64,000 nt of DNA, from NCBI GenBank assembly GCA_965261595.1, contig CBDHDG010000006.1, forward strand, positions 576,001 through 640,000. The letters are read 5' to 3'. The notes below the pieces were generated by a model. That model was not told the origin of the DNA. It ran no database searches and worked only from the letters and a program-made list of their open reading frames with translations. Origin of the DNA: a bacterium (GTDB lineage: Bacteria > UBA8248 > JACPRG01 > G963555815). Positions 31,799-42,479 of the stretch are shown here, piece by piece (the stretch's first letter is position 1; each line of letters starts with the position of its first letter). A program made the position numbers and the translations under genes.

Positions 31799-32805
31799 AT
31801 GAGAAAAAATTCGTGGTTATTACTTTTCGCTCTCTTTCTTGCTGGCTGTCCCGCAACGGAGATTGTATCGATTGGTAGAGATACCTATATGATTTCTAAA
31901 CACGGATGGATTCCCGGGAGTTCTGTAGGTTCACTTACAGCCGATCTCTATAAAAAGGCAAATGCCTACTGTTCAAAACACAATAAGCATTTAATGACAG
32001 TTAGTACAACTACGAGGCCGGGGTCCATTGAAGCCGAATTGAAGTTTAAGTGTATTGAATCCGACCAAAGGAAGATCGTAGCCGAACGCGAACGGCTGGA
32101 GAGAGAAAGGAGGCGTATCGCAACTCTTCGGCGTGCGCAAGAGAAGCGTACAGAGAGAAAAGCGATTACCCCTTCCTCAAAGGCATGGAGAATAGCAGGC
32201 TCCGGTCTTATTTTGAGGGGGACTTCTTACGCTCTAACGAGCTACCACGTCATCCAACAAGGCGAGAGCATCCGCGTAACATTGCCATCCGGCGAGGTCT
32301 ACCCGGCCTTGGTTGTGACGAAAGATCGGAACAACGACCTTGCCCTAGTTCTGCTTAAAGGTATGCGGCCCATGGGAGGATTCATCGCTCGGGTTCAGGC
32401 CGAAGTTAAAACAGGCGAGTTGGTCCACGCCCTGGGATATCCACTGGGGGGACGCCTTAGTCGACAACCAAGCATCGTCACGGGTCATGTGAGCGCCGCA
32501 ACGGGTCTGGAAGATAATATCGCGCAGTTCTGGATGACGACGCCTATTAACGAGGGAAATAGCGGAGGCCCCGTTGTGAACGCCCAGGGAACTCTCGTTG
32601 GTATCGCTTCATCCGGCTTGGTACAGAAAGGCGTTGAGGCAATTCGATTCGGAACGAAGATATCAGCCGCTATGCTTATTCTCCAACAAGCCCGATTAGT
32701 GCAAAAGTTCACCTTATGCCTGTGCCCAAGGAGAGAAAGGTCCTAACGCCTCCAGAGATCTTCCGAAAGCATTCGCCGTATGTTGTTCTTATTGAAACCC
32801 GATAA
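31799..32805 (+). CDS. Lipoprotein with trypsin-like (S1C) serine protease domain; probable frameshift near the 3' end
   Basis: Lipobox LAGC and triad TSYHVI / NDLAL / GNSGGP. The frame stops at 32746 but another frame continues ...LTPPEIFRKHSPYVVLIETR* to 32805. Visibly lower GC. Confidence 0.8.
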
Positions 32806-33066
32806 TGGGATGGCTTCAGCCCCTCTAGGCCGCCGTGCATCCACGCCGTGGGCGAACCCCTGGATCCAAAGGAACTAACGCAATAATGGGGGTCAGGTCT
32901 TGAATTATCAGGTCACAACGCAGAACGCCCATTTGCACCCCCTTCCCCTCCTTCATGGACATTATCTCAAGGGTGCAGGAATCGCAAAACCCTTTGGGGG
33001 AAAAAAGGCGCGCTGTGTCGCGATTTGGGCCATTTCTTGATTTTGCATGGCGGAGGACGCCGCAGC

Positions 33067-33354
33067 TTAATCAAGCATCAGTAGGCGTGCCGCGTGAAAG
33101 ACAGTAAGAACCTCGACCGCCTCGGCCTTGACCCGATACACGATACGGTAGCTGCCGTGAATCACCTCCCGCACGGAGTCATCCCCCACTTCAGGGACGA
33201 CGCGTCCGGAAAGCGGAAATCTATCGAGTCGTTCCACGCCCGCCACGATACGTTCGACGAGAAGCTCAGCGTATCGGACAAAGTCGCGGGCTACGTATTC
33301 ACGTATCGCCTCGACGTCTTCAAGCGCCTGGAGCGTCCAGATGACGGTCTTCAC
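33067..33354 (-). CDS. RelE/ParE-family toxin
   Basis: VIWTLQALEDVEAIREY...FPLSGRVVPE...YRIVYRV...VLTVFH. Confidence 0.9.
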   Translation of the reverse strand: MKTVIWTLQALEDVEAIREYVARDFVRYAELLVERIVAGVERLDRFPLSGRVVPEVGDDSVREVIHGSYRIVYRVKAEAVEVLTVFHAARLLMLD

Positions 33355-33533
33355 CTGGTGAGCCGCTGCTTCGCTTCCTCGTGCGGTATGGTCTTGCCTG
33401 CGTCGGCTTCCGCGATGCCCCGTTCGACCTTCGCAAGGAAGAACAGGCGCTCCATGGCATCTTCGATGGTTGCATCGGGCGGAAGCTTCTGAACGGCCTC
33501 TAAAATCTTTTCCTTTGTTGTGTTTTCCGCCAT
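33351..33533 (-). CDS. Cognate antitoxin of the RelE/ParE toxin
   Basis: KEKILEAVQKLPPDATIEDAMERL...GIAEADAGKTIPHEE; its stop overlaps the toxin start. Confidence 0.85.
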   Translation of the reverse strand: MAENTTKEKILEAVQKLPPDATIEDAMERLFFLAKVERGIAEADAGKTIPHEEAKQRLTR

Positions 33534-33734
33534 CCTGAGTCTCTCCGCTACTCTAAAGAGGGGAAGGCTTCGCAATGCCTCAAATCTATAGCAACCCCCC
33601 ACATCATTCAAGGGGCGGGCGCATCCGGCCGCGAAGGTCTCATCGACCCCCGTCGTAGCCGGAATTTCTCACCAAGCCAAACGCCTCGCAGCTTGCCATT
33701 CGGGGAAAATCGGGACTGAGGATGCCGGGGAAAC

Positions 33735-35918
33735 TCAACGGATCTGAATCTCGGCGGACGCCGATCGGCCCGCGGCGTCAACCACCGTCACCCGCACGAA
33801 CCCCGGCCCGTCCGGGTTCCATTCATTCTCCTTCCGGCCCCCGGAAATCGGACGGCCGTTGATGAGCCAGTTGAACGGACTCTCGCCCCCATGGGCGATG
33901 AGGGGGAGGCGGCTCAATTCAGCGTCCGCCCCGCTGAGCTCCACCGTCGAGCCGTCCCGGGGAAATTCCAGACGCGGCGGCGGGGTCCGGTCACGGGCCA
34001 TACCCCTTTCACTCAGGGCCTGGACCACGCAGGCGGCGCAGGTGCGGGGGAAGCCCCCGGTTATCCGCGATCAGCGCCCCTTCGGGCGCCCGCTCATCCA
34101 GGGAGGGGGAGGGGGGCGGGAGTTGTTCGAACACCTTGAAAAGCAAGGGCGCCGCGGCCCGGCGTCCCGTCGCGCCCGGCACAGGCGTTCCGTCCGGCCT
34201 GCCGACCCAGACTCCGGCCGTATAGCGCTTGTTGTAGCCAATCGCCCACGCATCGCGGTATCCGTAGGAAGTGCCCGTCTTGAGGGCGATCGGCGCGCGC
34301 GGGGTCGCTCCCGAATTTTGCACCCGGTTCGGCGGCCTGGGGACGCCCTCGAGGATTTTCGTCAGATGCCACGCCGCCGGGGCGTTCCCCCCCCGTCCGC
34401 GCACCCTGCCGGGGGAGAACCGCGCTACGCCCCGGACATCGCTCGTCACGGCGTCCAACACCCTGTTGTTCCGGGCGATGAGCCTGACTTCCGCGCCCGC
34501 CACGGGCTTGGCCGATTTCAAGGAGCGGACAAACACGTGCAGGCCGTCCCGGCCCTTGACCGTGGAAAGTCCGAGGTCCGACATGACGACCCACTGCGTC
34601 GCGAGAACGCCTCCGGCCTTGGCCGAGACCACATAGATGCCCGGCCGCCCATCCTTCAGGATCTCTCCCAGCGGAATGGACGTGCGCGTCTCCCGGTTGA
34701 CCCGGGTCTCTACGTCCAGGCTGCCCTGCCAGAGCAATTCGCCCGTGTCCTCCCGAAATTCCCTCAATTTCCAGTTGTAGAGCTGGCGGGTGATATTCCC
34801 CGCCATGATCTCGCGGATGAGGTTCCTCTCCACGATGTGATAGACCCGCAGACTTACGGTCCGGACGTTGACCACGGAGAGGGGGAGGTCCTTGGCCTTC
34901 CGGGCCGGCAGGACGTAGGCGCTGTTCCGAAAGGCGACCTGGGGGGCGCGGTCCGGGACGGCGGCCCGGACGGTCGCGCTGGCGGGCGTTTTCAGCCCAT
35001 GCCGGTCGGGCATCCCCTTCAGAACCGTTATCTTGTATGAGCGCCCGTGCGCCAGGCCCTCCAGGCAAAGGGACTTTCCCTCGGGGTTCAAGGCGACCCG
35101 GGCGGCGGGGTCGATCTGGATGTAGTCCCGATACCGAACCCGTCCCCTCCCGGCCAGCGGGCCGGAAAACGTCAGGCAGACCGAGGGTTTTGGACGGTTG
35201 GAGAAAACGCGAAACCTGCGCAGCCGGAATGAATGACGTTTTTCGATCCGCTTCCGGGTCTGGTCGAGCGACCGGGCAAGCCGGCCGATGACGGCGCCCT
35301 CGCGGGCCGCCTTCTCCCGCGACACCAGCCGGTTGGCCTCCCGGATGGCCATCAAGGCCTGCGAGGAGTCCCGGGTTTTATCGAAGACGGTCGCGAGAAA
35401 GCCCAAGGCCATCGCGCGGGAGAGGCTGCTTCCCGCCGCTTTGTACGCCATGTAGGCCGCCCGGGCGGCCTTTTGCAAATTCCGATGAGGACCGGGGTCG
35501 GAATGCGCGCGCGCGAGCTTCAGCCATGTGGCGGAAGTTCCCTTCCCCTTGGCGATCAGGAGCTCATAAGCGAAGACGGCGTCCGGCGCGCCCTTGCGGC
35601 GCGGCCCTTTCCCCACAGACGGGAGGGGGGAGGGGAGGGGAGGGGAAGGATGGGTCCGACCAGCGTCTTGAGCATCTCCAGGTCTTCCGGGGAAAGCTTC
35701 TCGCGGTCGTCGCGGACCCGGGCCTTGATCTCTTCCTCGTAGGCCGCCCCTTCCGCGGCCAGCGGCCGGTTCTCGTAGGCGTAGGACGAAGAAGAAAGCA
35801 CGGCCAACACGCAAACGGGCAACAGAACCGTGCGCAGCCATCCGATCCTGCCCGCAACGGGACGCAATTCCGTTCCGGCCTTCGGCGTCCCGAGCGCTTC
35901 TCTCTCCGGCATGCCCAT
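33735..35918 (-). pseudogene. Decayed alpha-2-macroglobulin/pbpC operon: A2M N-terminus fused to the PBP1C C-terminus, with two frameshifts
   Basis: A2M MG-domain motifs (ATQWVVMSDLGL, GLHVFVRSL) run directly into PBP1C motifs (KTGTSYGYRDAW, GVWVGRPDG). The PBP1C C-terminal domain is in another frame (33735-34028), and the signal-peptide part is shifted at the G/C tract near 35620-35645. Confidence 0.8.
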
Positions 35919-36337
35919 ACTCCTCCCATCACGCGGGTGGATAACGCGGATTCCAACCATCTATTTTCAGAGTAGACGCTTGGATCAAGTCTTTTGTTCC
36001 CGGTCCTGGCGAGCGGGGGGAGGGGGAGAGGGGGAGGGGGAGGGAGGGGGCCGGCGGGTTCCCACCGAAAGGTTTTCTCGTATTCCTCGCTCGCGGTCTC
36101 TATTTCGGCCCGGACGGCGCCGGAAACAACCGCGCGGACCGGATTCTTCCGCGCCACTCCGCTTGTTCCAAGACAAGCCGGCTCAAGGGAGGAGGGAGGG
36201 AGGGGTGGGATTGATGGGGCCAAGCTTGAAGGGCTCGGAGACGCCCGGCGGCTTCCCGGGTCGGAGCCCAACGGCGATGGCGTCAAGGCCGGGATCGGCC
36301 GTCCGTGGAACCGCAATGGCAGCCGGACGGGCGAAAA

Positions 36338-37414
36338 TCAGAGCCGGATGTTTTCCGGAAGGTGGGGGAACGCGCTCAACTCGTGGGCGGGCATCACCGG
36401 GTTCGTTGCCGTGAGATAGGATCCGTCCAGCTCGGCGAGGCTCGCCACGCCGAGAAGCCCCATGGACTTTTTGATCTCCCCCTCGAGGATTTCGAGCGCC
36501 CGTACGAGGCCGGCCTGGCCGGCGGCGGCGAGCGCCCAGGCCTGGAGCTTTCCGATGGAAACGGCGTCCGCCCCCAGGATGATGGCCTTGAGGACGTCGG
36601 TCCCGCGGACAAACCCGCCGTCGATGATCACTTCGGCCTTGCCGTCCACGGCCGCGACGATCTCGGGCAGGGTCTCGATGGCCCCCCGCCCGTGGTCGAG
36701 CTGCCGGCCGCCGTGATTGGAGACGTAAACCGCCTGGACCCCGTGCTCGACGGCCAGCGCCGCGTCTTCCGCCGTCGCCACGCCCTTGAGGATAAACGGC
36801 AGCCCGCCGATCTCCTTGATCGCGTCCAGGGTCTCCCAGGTCATGGAGGTGTGATACTCATGGCCCTCCAGGTTTTTGACGGCGGCCGGTATCCAGCCTT
36901 CGATGAGCTGCCGCTCGTGGTTGCCGTAGTACACCGAGTCCACGGTGAGGGCCAGCCCGGCGTAACCGGCGCGCTTCGCCCGGCCCACGACGTCCTCGAC
37001 CCACTTCAGATCGCCCCGCACGTAGAGCTGGAAGATCTGCGGATGGGCGGCGCAGGCGGCCGTCTCTTCCAGACTCGGCTGGGTGGCCGAGCTGACGAAG
37101 TTAACCGTGCCGAATTCCTCCGCCGCGCGGGCGGCGGCAATCGCGCCCTCCGGGACGATGGAGTGGAGCGTGCCGACCGGCGCGAGCATCACCGGGATAC
37201 GCAGCTTGTGGCCCAGGACGGTCGTGGAGGCGTCGATCTCGGTGACGTCTCTCATAATTCTCGGCCTGAACGCGAGGCGATCGAGCCCCTGGCGGTTCCG
37301 CCGCAGCGTCGTCTCCGATTCCCCTCCGCCGCTGATGTAGTTCCAGACGTACTGGGTGGCGTTGCGCCGCGCCTCGACGATGATTTCGTGGATGGTCAAA
37401 AATTCGGCGCTCAT
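36338..37414 (-). CDS. FMN-dependent alpha-hydroxy acid oxidase/dehydrogenase
   Basis: LTVDS, ILKGV, SNHGGRQLD and DGGFVRGTDVLKA motifs. Confidence 0.92.
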   Translation of the reverse strand: MSAEFLTIHEIIVEARRNATQYVWNYISGGGESETTLRRNRQGLDRLAFRPRIMRDVTEIDASTTVLGHKLRIPVMLAPVGTLHSIVPEGAIAAARAAEEFGTVNFVSSATQPSLEETAACAAHPQIFQLYVRGDLKWVEDVVGRAKRAGYAGLALTVDSVYYGNHERQLIEGWIPAAVKNLEGHEYHTSMTWETLDAIKEIGGLPFILKGVATAEDAALAVEHGVQAVYVSNHGGRQLDHGRGAIETLPEIVAAVDGKAEVIIDGGFVRGTDVLKAIILGADAVSIGKLQAWALAAAGQAGLVRALEILEGEIKKSMGLLGVASLAELDGSYLTATNPVMPAHELSAFPHLPENIRL

Positions 37415-37549
37415 TCGGGCTTCCGCGAGGGCGCGAATCCCTCTTGCGAGATTCCGCCGTAGAAAAGCTCTCCATCTCCGGGTCGGCACATCTAGGCGTG
37501 AAAGCGGGGAGTTGTCAAGCCGAGGGGGAGGGGAGGGGGAGAGGGAACT

Positions 37550-37766
37550 GCGGAATCCACACATCAACGCGAAAATCGCCCGGGGCGAGGTCGGTCTCCT
37601 GAAGCGGCTCGTCCTGGGGGCCGAGCAGAAGGCGCACTGCATCGGCTGGATGGACGCGAAGAAGATGCAGGCCTCCGCCCGGATCACCCTCGAAGCCCGC
37701 AATGTCGACCCCAAGGGCGTGGACGTCGCCGGCGGATGGACGAACGAGTTCCTCCCGTGTAAGTGA
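37550..37766 (+). pseudogene. Possible C-terminal fragment of an NMT1/SsuA-type ABC substrate-binding protein
   Basis: IGWMDAKKMQ...WTNEFLP resembles SBP C-termini; no start or upstream part is present. Confidence 0.4.
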
Positions 37767-38133
37767 GGGGCTGAGGGGGGAGTGTGGCGGGCCGGGACCC
37801 CCTGCTTTCGTAGAGGGTAGGGGGTCCCGGCCCCTACGAAACAACGCCGGACGGGTGTGTAGGGCGGGGACAGACAGCCCCCCGGCTGAAGCCCCGCCCC
37901 TACATTTCAGAGCCCCTACCATCAAATCTGGGGTAGTGAGTCAGTTTGATTTTCTGGTCGCAAAAAGAAGAACCCCACCTTTCGATGGGGTTCTTCCGGC
38001 ACAACCGCTATCACGGCCCCGCGTGGCTTGCCTTCGCCAGCCTGGGGAGCCGGCCACCCTCTCGGGTGATCTTCCAATACCGCCGAAGCGGTGACAACCG
38101 AAATTTCGGCCAATCCATCGATTTTGTCAACCC

Positions 38134-38335
38134 CTAGAGCGAAAGTGCGAACCGAATTGCGGCCTGAATATTCTCAATCACATCTGGTGACAAAACCGGG
38201 GTTTCATAAACCCGCCGGCCCTCTTCTTTCCCGACCATCAATCGATCAAGCCGATCATAGGCCACGGTGTTGATCATATCGCACTTGACCCATTGGTCGG
38301 CCTCCGATCTCCTGAAGGGAAGACTGCCCTTTCCT
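38134..38335 (-). pseudogene. PemK/MazF-family toxin C-terminal fragment
   Basis: WVKCDMINTVAYDRL...IENIQAAIRFAL; truncated by GGTGTCCCC-type repeats. Confidence 0.55.
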
Positions 38336-38486
38336 GGATTTGGGGACACCACACATAATTCCAGAAATAAGTATGGTGTCCCCATAATTCTCCGTTCCCA
38401 TAATTCTCCCCCCCATAATTCTCCCACAAACAAATGGCCGATCGGGAGATGAAGGAAACTCTTCCTGCCCGAATCCCGGCGATCCT

Positions 38487-38603
38487 GTCATTCCCGCGAA
38501 GGCGGGAATCCAGAAATCCATCGAGGTTCGACACGAAGCAATAGAGTCGTGGAAACGGCCTCCCATCCACATCGGCCTGGATTCCCGCCTTCGCGGGAAT
38601 GAC
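38487..38603. repeat. REP doublet: perfect 27-bp inverted repeat, each arm containing ATTCCC-N8-GGGAAT
   Basis: gtcattcccgcgaaggcgggaatccag (38487-38513) and its exact reverse complement (38577-38603). Confidence 0.9.
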
Positions 38604-38859
38604 CGTCGCGGCGGCTCTACAGCCAGCCGTCCCCCGGAAGCCCGTGCGGACTCCCGTCGGCTCTCAACCGACATCCGCCGCAGTGAAGGGCCTCCAGACA
38701 GCCTGCCATCTTTTTCCGCCTCACATTCGAAATCGTGTGATATCGTGGATGGGCAAAGGACAAACCCCACAGCGCCCGGCCATGGCGCGTGGAGACGCGG
38801 CCCGGTCTCCCCGGCGCGGGGCTCGAGGGCTTCCCTCCTCTCCCGTGAAGGGATTCCCC

Positions 38860-39966
38860 ATGACGAACTCCCCCCGGAGCATCGAAGAAGTCGGCGAGCT
38901 GCTCGACCGGAGCGAGTACATTCCCACGGAGGAGATCTCGACGGCCGTTTTCCTGGCCGAGCGGCTGGGGAAGCCCATCCTCGTCGAAGGCCCGGCGGGC
39001 GTGGGTAAGACCGAGCTGGCGAAGGCCTGGGCGAAGGCCACGGGGCGGGACCTCATCCGCCTTCAGTGCTATGAAGGCCTGGACGAGACGAAGGCCCTCT
39101 ACGAGTGGGAATACGCGAAGCAGATGCTCTATACGCAGCTTCTTCGCGACAAGCTCCAGGACATCCTGGCCGGGACCGGATCCCTGGGCGAGGCCGCCGA
39201 CCGGATCGCCGCCGAGGAGGACGTGTTCTTCTCCGAGCGGTTTCTCCTCCCGCGGCCCCTCCTTCGCGCCATTCAGGCCGAGAAGCCGACGCTGCTCCTC
39301 ATCGACGAGATCGACCGCGCCGACGCGGAATTCGAGGCGTTCCTCCTCGAAATCCTCAGCGATTTTCAGATCAGCGTCCCCGAGCTGGGCACGCTCACGG
39401 CGAAGCAGCGGCCGGCCGTCGTCCTGACGAGCAACAACACCCGCGAGCTCAGCGAGGCCCTCAAGCGCCGGTCGCTCTATGTCTTCATCGACTATCCGTC
39501 CGTCGAGACGGAACTCCGGATCGTCCGGCGGAAGGTCCCGGACCTGGCCCCCGCCCTCGCCCGGCAGGCGGTGGAGGCCGTCCACAAGCTCCGGGGCCTG
39601 GACCTGAAGAAAAGGCCGAGCGTCAGCGAGACCCTGGACTGGGCGAAGACCCTGGTGATACTGAACGCCGAATCCATCGAGCCGAAGGTCCTGGATAACA
39701 CCCTGACGGTCCTCCTGAAACACGAGCACGACCTCATCCGGGCCCGCCGGGCGCTGGCGGCCGAGCGGCGGGCGACGGCCGAGGCCGAGCGGCCGAGCGA
39801 ACCGCAAGCCCCGGAGGGGAGGCGTCCGCCCCGCTCCCCCCGGCCTCCCCGTCCCCCTCGGATCGATCCGGGGGGGTTCGACCCCGAGCGCTTCGACCCC
39901 GAGGGCTTCAACCCCGACATCCTCGGAGGAAACGGACCGGCCGAGGGCGAGACGAATGGAAGATAG
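38860..39966 (+). CDS. MoxR-family AAA+ ATPase (CoxD-like)
   Basis: GPAGVGKT, RLQCYEGLD, LIDEIDRAD and ELSEALKRR motifs. Confidence 0.9.
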   Translation: MTNSPRSIEEVGELLDRSEYIPTEEISTAVFLAERLGKPILVEGPAGVGKTELAKAWAKATGRDLIRLQCYEGLDETKALYEWEYAKQMLYTQLLRDKLQDILAGTGSLGEAADRIAAEEDVFFSERFLLPRPLLRAIQAEKPTLLLIDEIDRADAEFEAFLLEILSDFQISVPELGTLTAKQRPAVVLTSNNTRELSEALKRRSLYVFIDYPSVETELRIVRRKVPDLAPALARQAVEAVHKLRGLDLKKRPSVSETLDWAKTLVILNAESIEPKVLDNTLTVLLKHEHDLIRARRALAAERRATAEAERPSEPQAPEGRRPPRSPRPPRPPRIDPGGFDPERFDPEGFNPDILGGNGPAEGETNGR

Positions 39967-41335
39967 GATCGTCGATTTCGTCGCCGGCCTGCGGGGCGCG
40001 GGCGTTCGGGTCTCGGTCGCCGAGAGCGTCGACTGCCTGAGCGCCGTCGATCACACGGGCGCGCGGGACCGGGAGACGTTCCGGCGCGCGCTGCACATCA
40101 CCCTCATCAAGGACGGAAGCGACCTCCCCAAGTTCGAGCGCCTCTTCCCGCTCTATTTCGGCACGGGGGAGAAACCGCTCCTTCAGCCCTCGGACGTCCT
40201 CACGCCGGAAGAGATGAAAACGCTACAGCGGGCGCTGGGGTCCCTCGACCCCGAGCTTCTGGATCTCCTGCGGCAGCTTCTCGAAGGCCGTCCGCTGGAC
40301 CGGGAAGACCTCGATGCCCTGGGCGAGGCGTCGGGGCTTCCGTCGGCCCGGACCCCGTGGGAGCGGCGCTGGGCCGAGCGGCGGATGACGCGGACCCTGG
40401 GCCTGGAAGAAGCGATGGAGGCCCTGGAGCGGCTCCTCGAAGCCCTGGCCGAGATGGGGATGGGCGAGGAGGGGTTGGAGAAGGTCCGTGAGATGTTCGG
40501 GACCAACCTGGAGGCCCTGGAAGAGCAGGTCCGACATCACGCGGGCGGGAGCGTCGCGCGGCGGATGGCCGAGGAGGCGCGGCGGGACGCGGACCCGGAC
40601 CTGATCGACCGGCCCTTTCGGCATCTCGACGAAGCGGAGGCCGAGGCCCTGCGGGACGAGGTCCGCCGCTTGGCGGCCCAGCTTCGGAGCCGGGCGGCCC
40701 TGCGCCACCGGCGGGGGAAAAAGGGCGTCCTCGACCCCAGGGCCACGCTGCGCGCGAACCTGCGCAACGGAGGCGTGCCGATCGATCTCCGCCTCAAGAC
40801 CCGCCGCCTGAAACCCAAGCTGGTCCTCATCTGCGACATCTCCACATCGGTCCGGCACTGCGCGGAGTTCATGCTGCGGCTGATCTACGAGCTTCAGGAC
40901 CAGGTGTCCCGCGCCCGCAGTTTCGCCTTCATCGACCGGATGGAGGAGATCAGCGGGGCCTTCGAGGAGCATCGCCCGGACGCGGCGGTGGAGAAGGTCC
41001 TCCGGGGGCTTCAGCCGGGCCACTACAACACCGACCTGGGGGCCTCGCTGGCGCATTTTTTCGACCGGTCCCTGGACGCCGTGGACGGCCGGACAACGGT
41101 GATCTTCGTGGGGGACGGCCGGAACAACTTCAACGACCCGCGGCTCGACCTGGTGGACGGACTCCGCCGCCGCGCCCGGCGCATCGTCTGGATGAACCCG
41201 GAGCCCCGGCCCCTTTGGGGAACGGGCGACAGCGACATGCCGGCCTACGCCCCGCTCTGCGACCACGTCCACCAAGTGAGCACCCTGGCCGAGCTGGCCG
41301 CCGCCGTCGACCGGCTCTTCCTCCCCGGAAGGTGA
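39956..41335 (+). CDS. CoxE-like VWA-domain protein
   Basis: CDISTSV MIDAS motif, VGDGRNN, WMNPEP and WGTGDSDM; overlaps the CoxD-like gene. Confidence 0.9.
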   Translation: MEDRIVDFVAGLRGAGVRVSVAESVDCLSAVDHTGARDRETFRRALHITLIKDGSDLPKFERLFPLYFGTGEKPLLQPSDVLTPEEMKTLQRALGSLDPELLDLLRQLLEGRPLDREDLDALGEASGLPSARTPWERRWAERRMTRTLGLEEAMEALERLLEALAEMGMGEEGLEKVREMFGTNLEALEEQVRHHAGGSVARRMAEEARRDADPDLIDRPFRHLDEAEAEALRDEVRRLAAQLRSRAALRHRRGKKGVLDPRATLRANLRNGGVPIDLRLKTRRLKPKLVLICDISTSVRHCAEFMLRLIYELQDQVSRARSFAFIDRMEEISGAFEEHRPDAAVEKVLRGLQPGHYNTDLGASLAHFFDRSLDAVDGRTTVIFVGDGRNNFNDPRLDLVDGLRRRARRIVWMNPEPRPLWGTGDSDMPAYAPLCDHVHQVSTLAELAAAVDRLFLPGR

Positions 41336-41609
41336 GCGGCGGACCCCGATTCGCCCGCAACCGCATTTCTCACCGGCCATCGGACGCAAGGGGCGGCGGG
41401 ACATCGAAACCCGATAGCGGGCTCACCGATTTGTGAACGCGGCGCGGCGCTTTTTCAAAATCCGGAAAACCGATAGGCATAGAAGATGGAAGGCTTGACT
41501 TTGCGCGCCCGCCAAGCTAGAAGTGTCCCTTTGATTGGAATGCCTCTAAAGTAAAATCGCTTGGAACCGCCGGACGGAAGCTCCCTCATCATGCGGCGGA
41601 GGATTTCCC

Positions 41610-42479
41610 GTGTTCTATGCCCAAATGCTGATCAACAGCCTTCTGCTCGGCGGCATCTACGCGTGTGTGGCCATCGGCTTCTCCCTGGTGTGGGGGGTCA
41701 TGAACATCCTCAACGTCCTTCACGGGACGTTCCTGATGTTGGGCGGCTACATTACATTCTGGCTGTTCCAGCTCTACAGCATCGACCCCTTCATCTCGAT
41801 GCCCCTCACAATGTTGATCATGTTCGGCGTGGGCTATCTGACCCAGTATTGGGTGATCAATCTGGTCATCCGGGCCCCGTTGTTCATCACGCTGATCTTG
41901 ACCTTCGGACTCGAATTGTTCGTGGTGAACATGGCGCTCTATTTCTGGACGGGGGACTACCGGGTCGTCCAGACCGCATACGCCGAGTTCTCCTTCCAAG
42001 TCGCCGGCCTGGTCGTTCCCCTCATTCGCCTGTCGCTTTTCTTCATGGGGTTCCTGCTGACGGGACTTCTGTTCTGGTTCATGGCCAAGACCCGGACCGG
42101 GCGGGCCATCCGCGCCACCCGGATGGATCTGGACGGGGCGCGCCTGATGGGGGTCAACATCGGACGAATTTACGCCATCACCTTCGGTCTGGGCGCGGCC
42201 TTGGCGGGGGCGGCGGGCTCGCTCGTGAGCGTGGGGTTCTCCATCTCGCCCGTGATGGACCTCGAATTCCTGGCCAAGTCCTTCGTCATCTGCATCATCG
42301 GCGGCCTGGGCAACATGATGGGCGCCCTCGTGGGGGGGCTCTTGCTGGGACTCGTCGAGAACTTCGGGGCCTATTATTTCGGCCCCGGTTATCAGAACGC
42401 CATCGGATTCATCATCATGGTCCTGGTCCTGTTCATCCGGCCCGAAGGGTTGCTGGGGAAGGCGGGGTACGCAAAGTAA
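41610..42479 (+). CDS. Branched-chain amino acid-type ABC transporter permease (LivH-like)
   Basis: GFSLVWGVMNILN, TGRAIRA, IIGGLGN and RPEGLLG motifs. Confidence 0.92.
   Translation: MFYAQMLINSLLLGGIYACVAIGFSLVWGVMNILNVLHGTFLMLGGYITFWLFQLYSIDPFISMPLTMLIMFGVGYLTQYWVINLVIRAPLFITLILTFGLELFVVNMALYFWTGDYRVVQTAYAEFSFQVAGLVVPLIRLSLFFMGFLLTGLLFWFMAKTRTGRAIRATRMDLDGARLMGVNIGRIYAITFGLGAALAGAAGSLVSVGFSISPVMDLEFLAKSFVICIIGGLGNMMGALVGGLLLGLVENFGAYYFGPGYQNAIGFIIMVLVLFIRPEGLLGKAGYAK

Noticed and set aside
32911..33620. RelE/ParE toxin-antitoxin pair as an integron cassette
   Set aside because: No convincing attC core sites and no integrase in the window.
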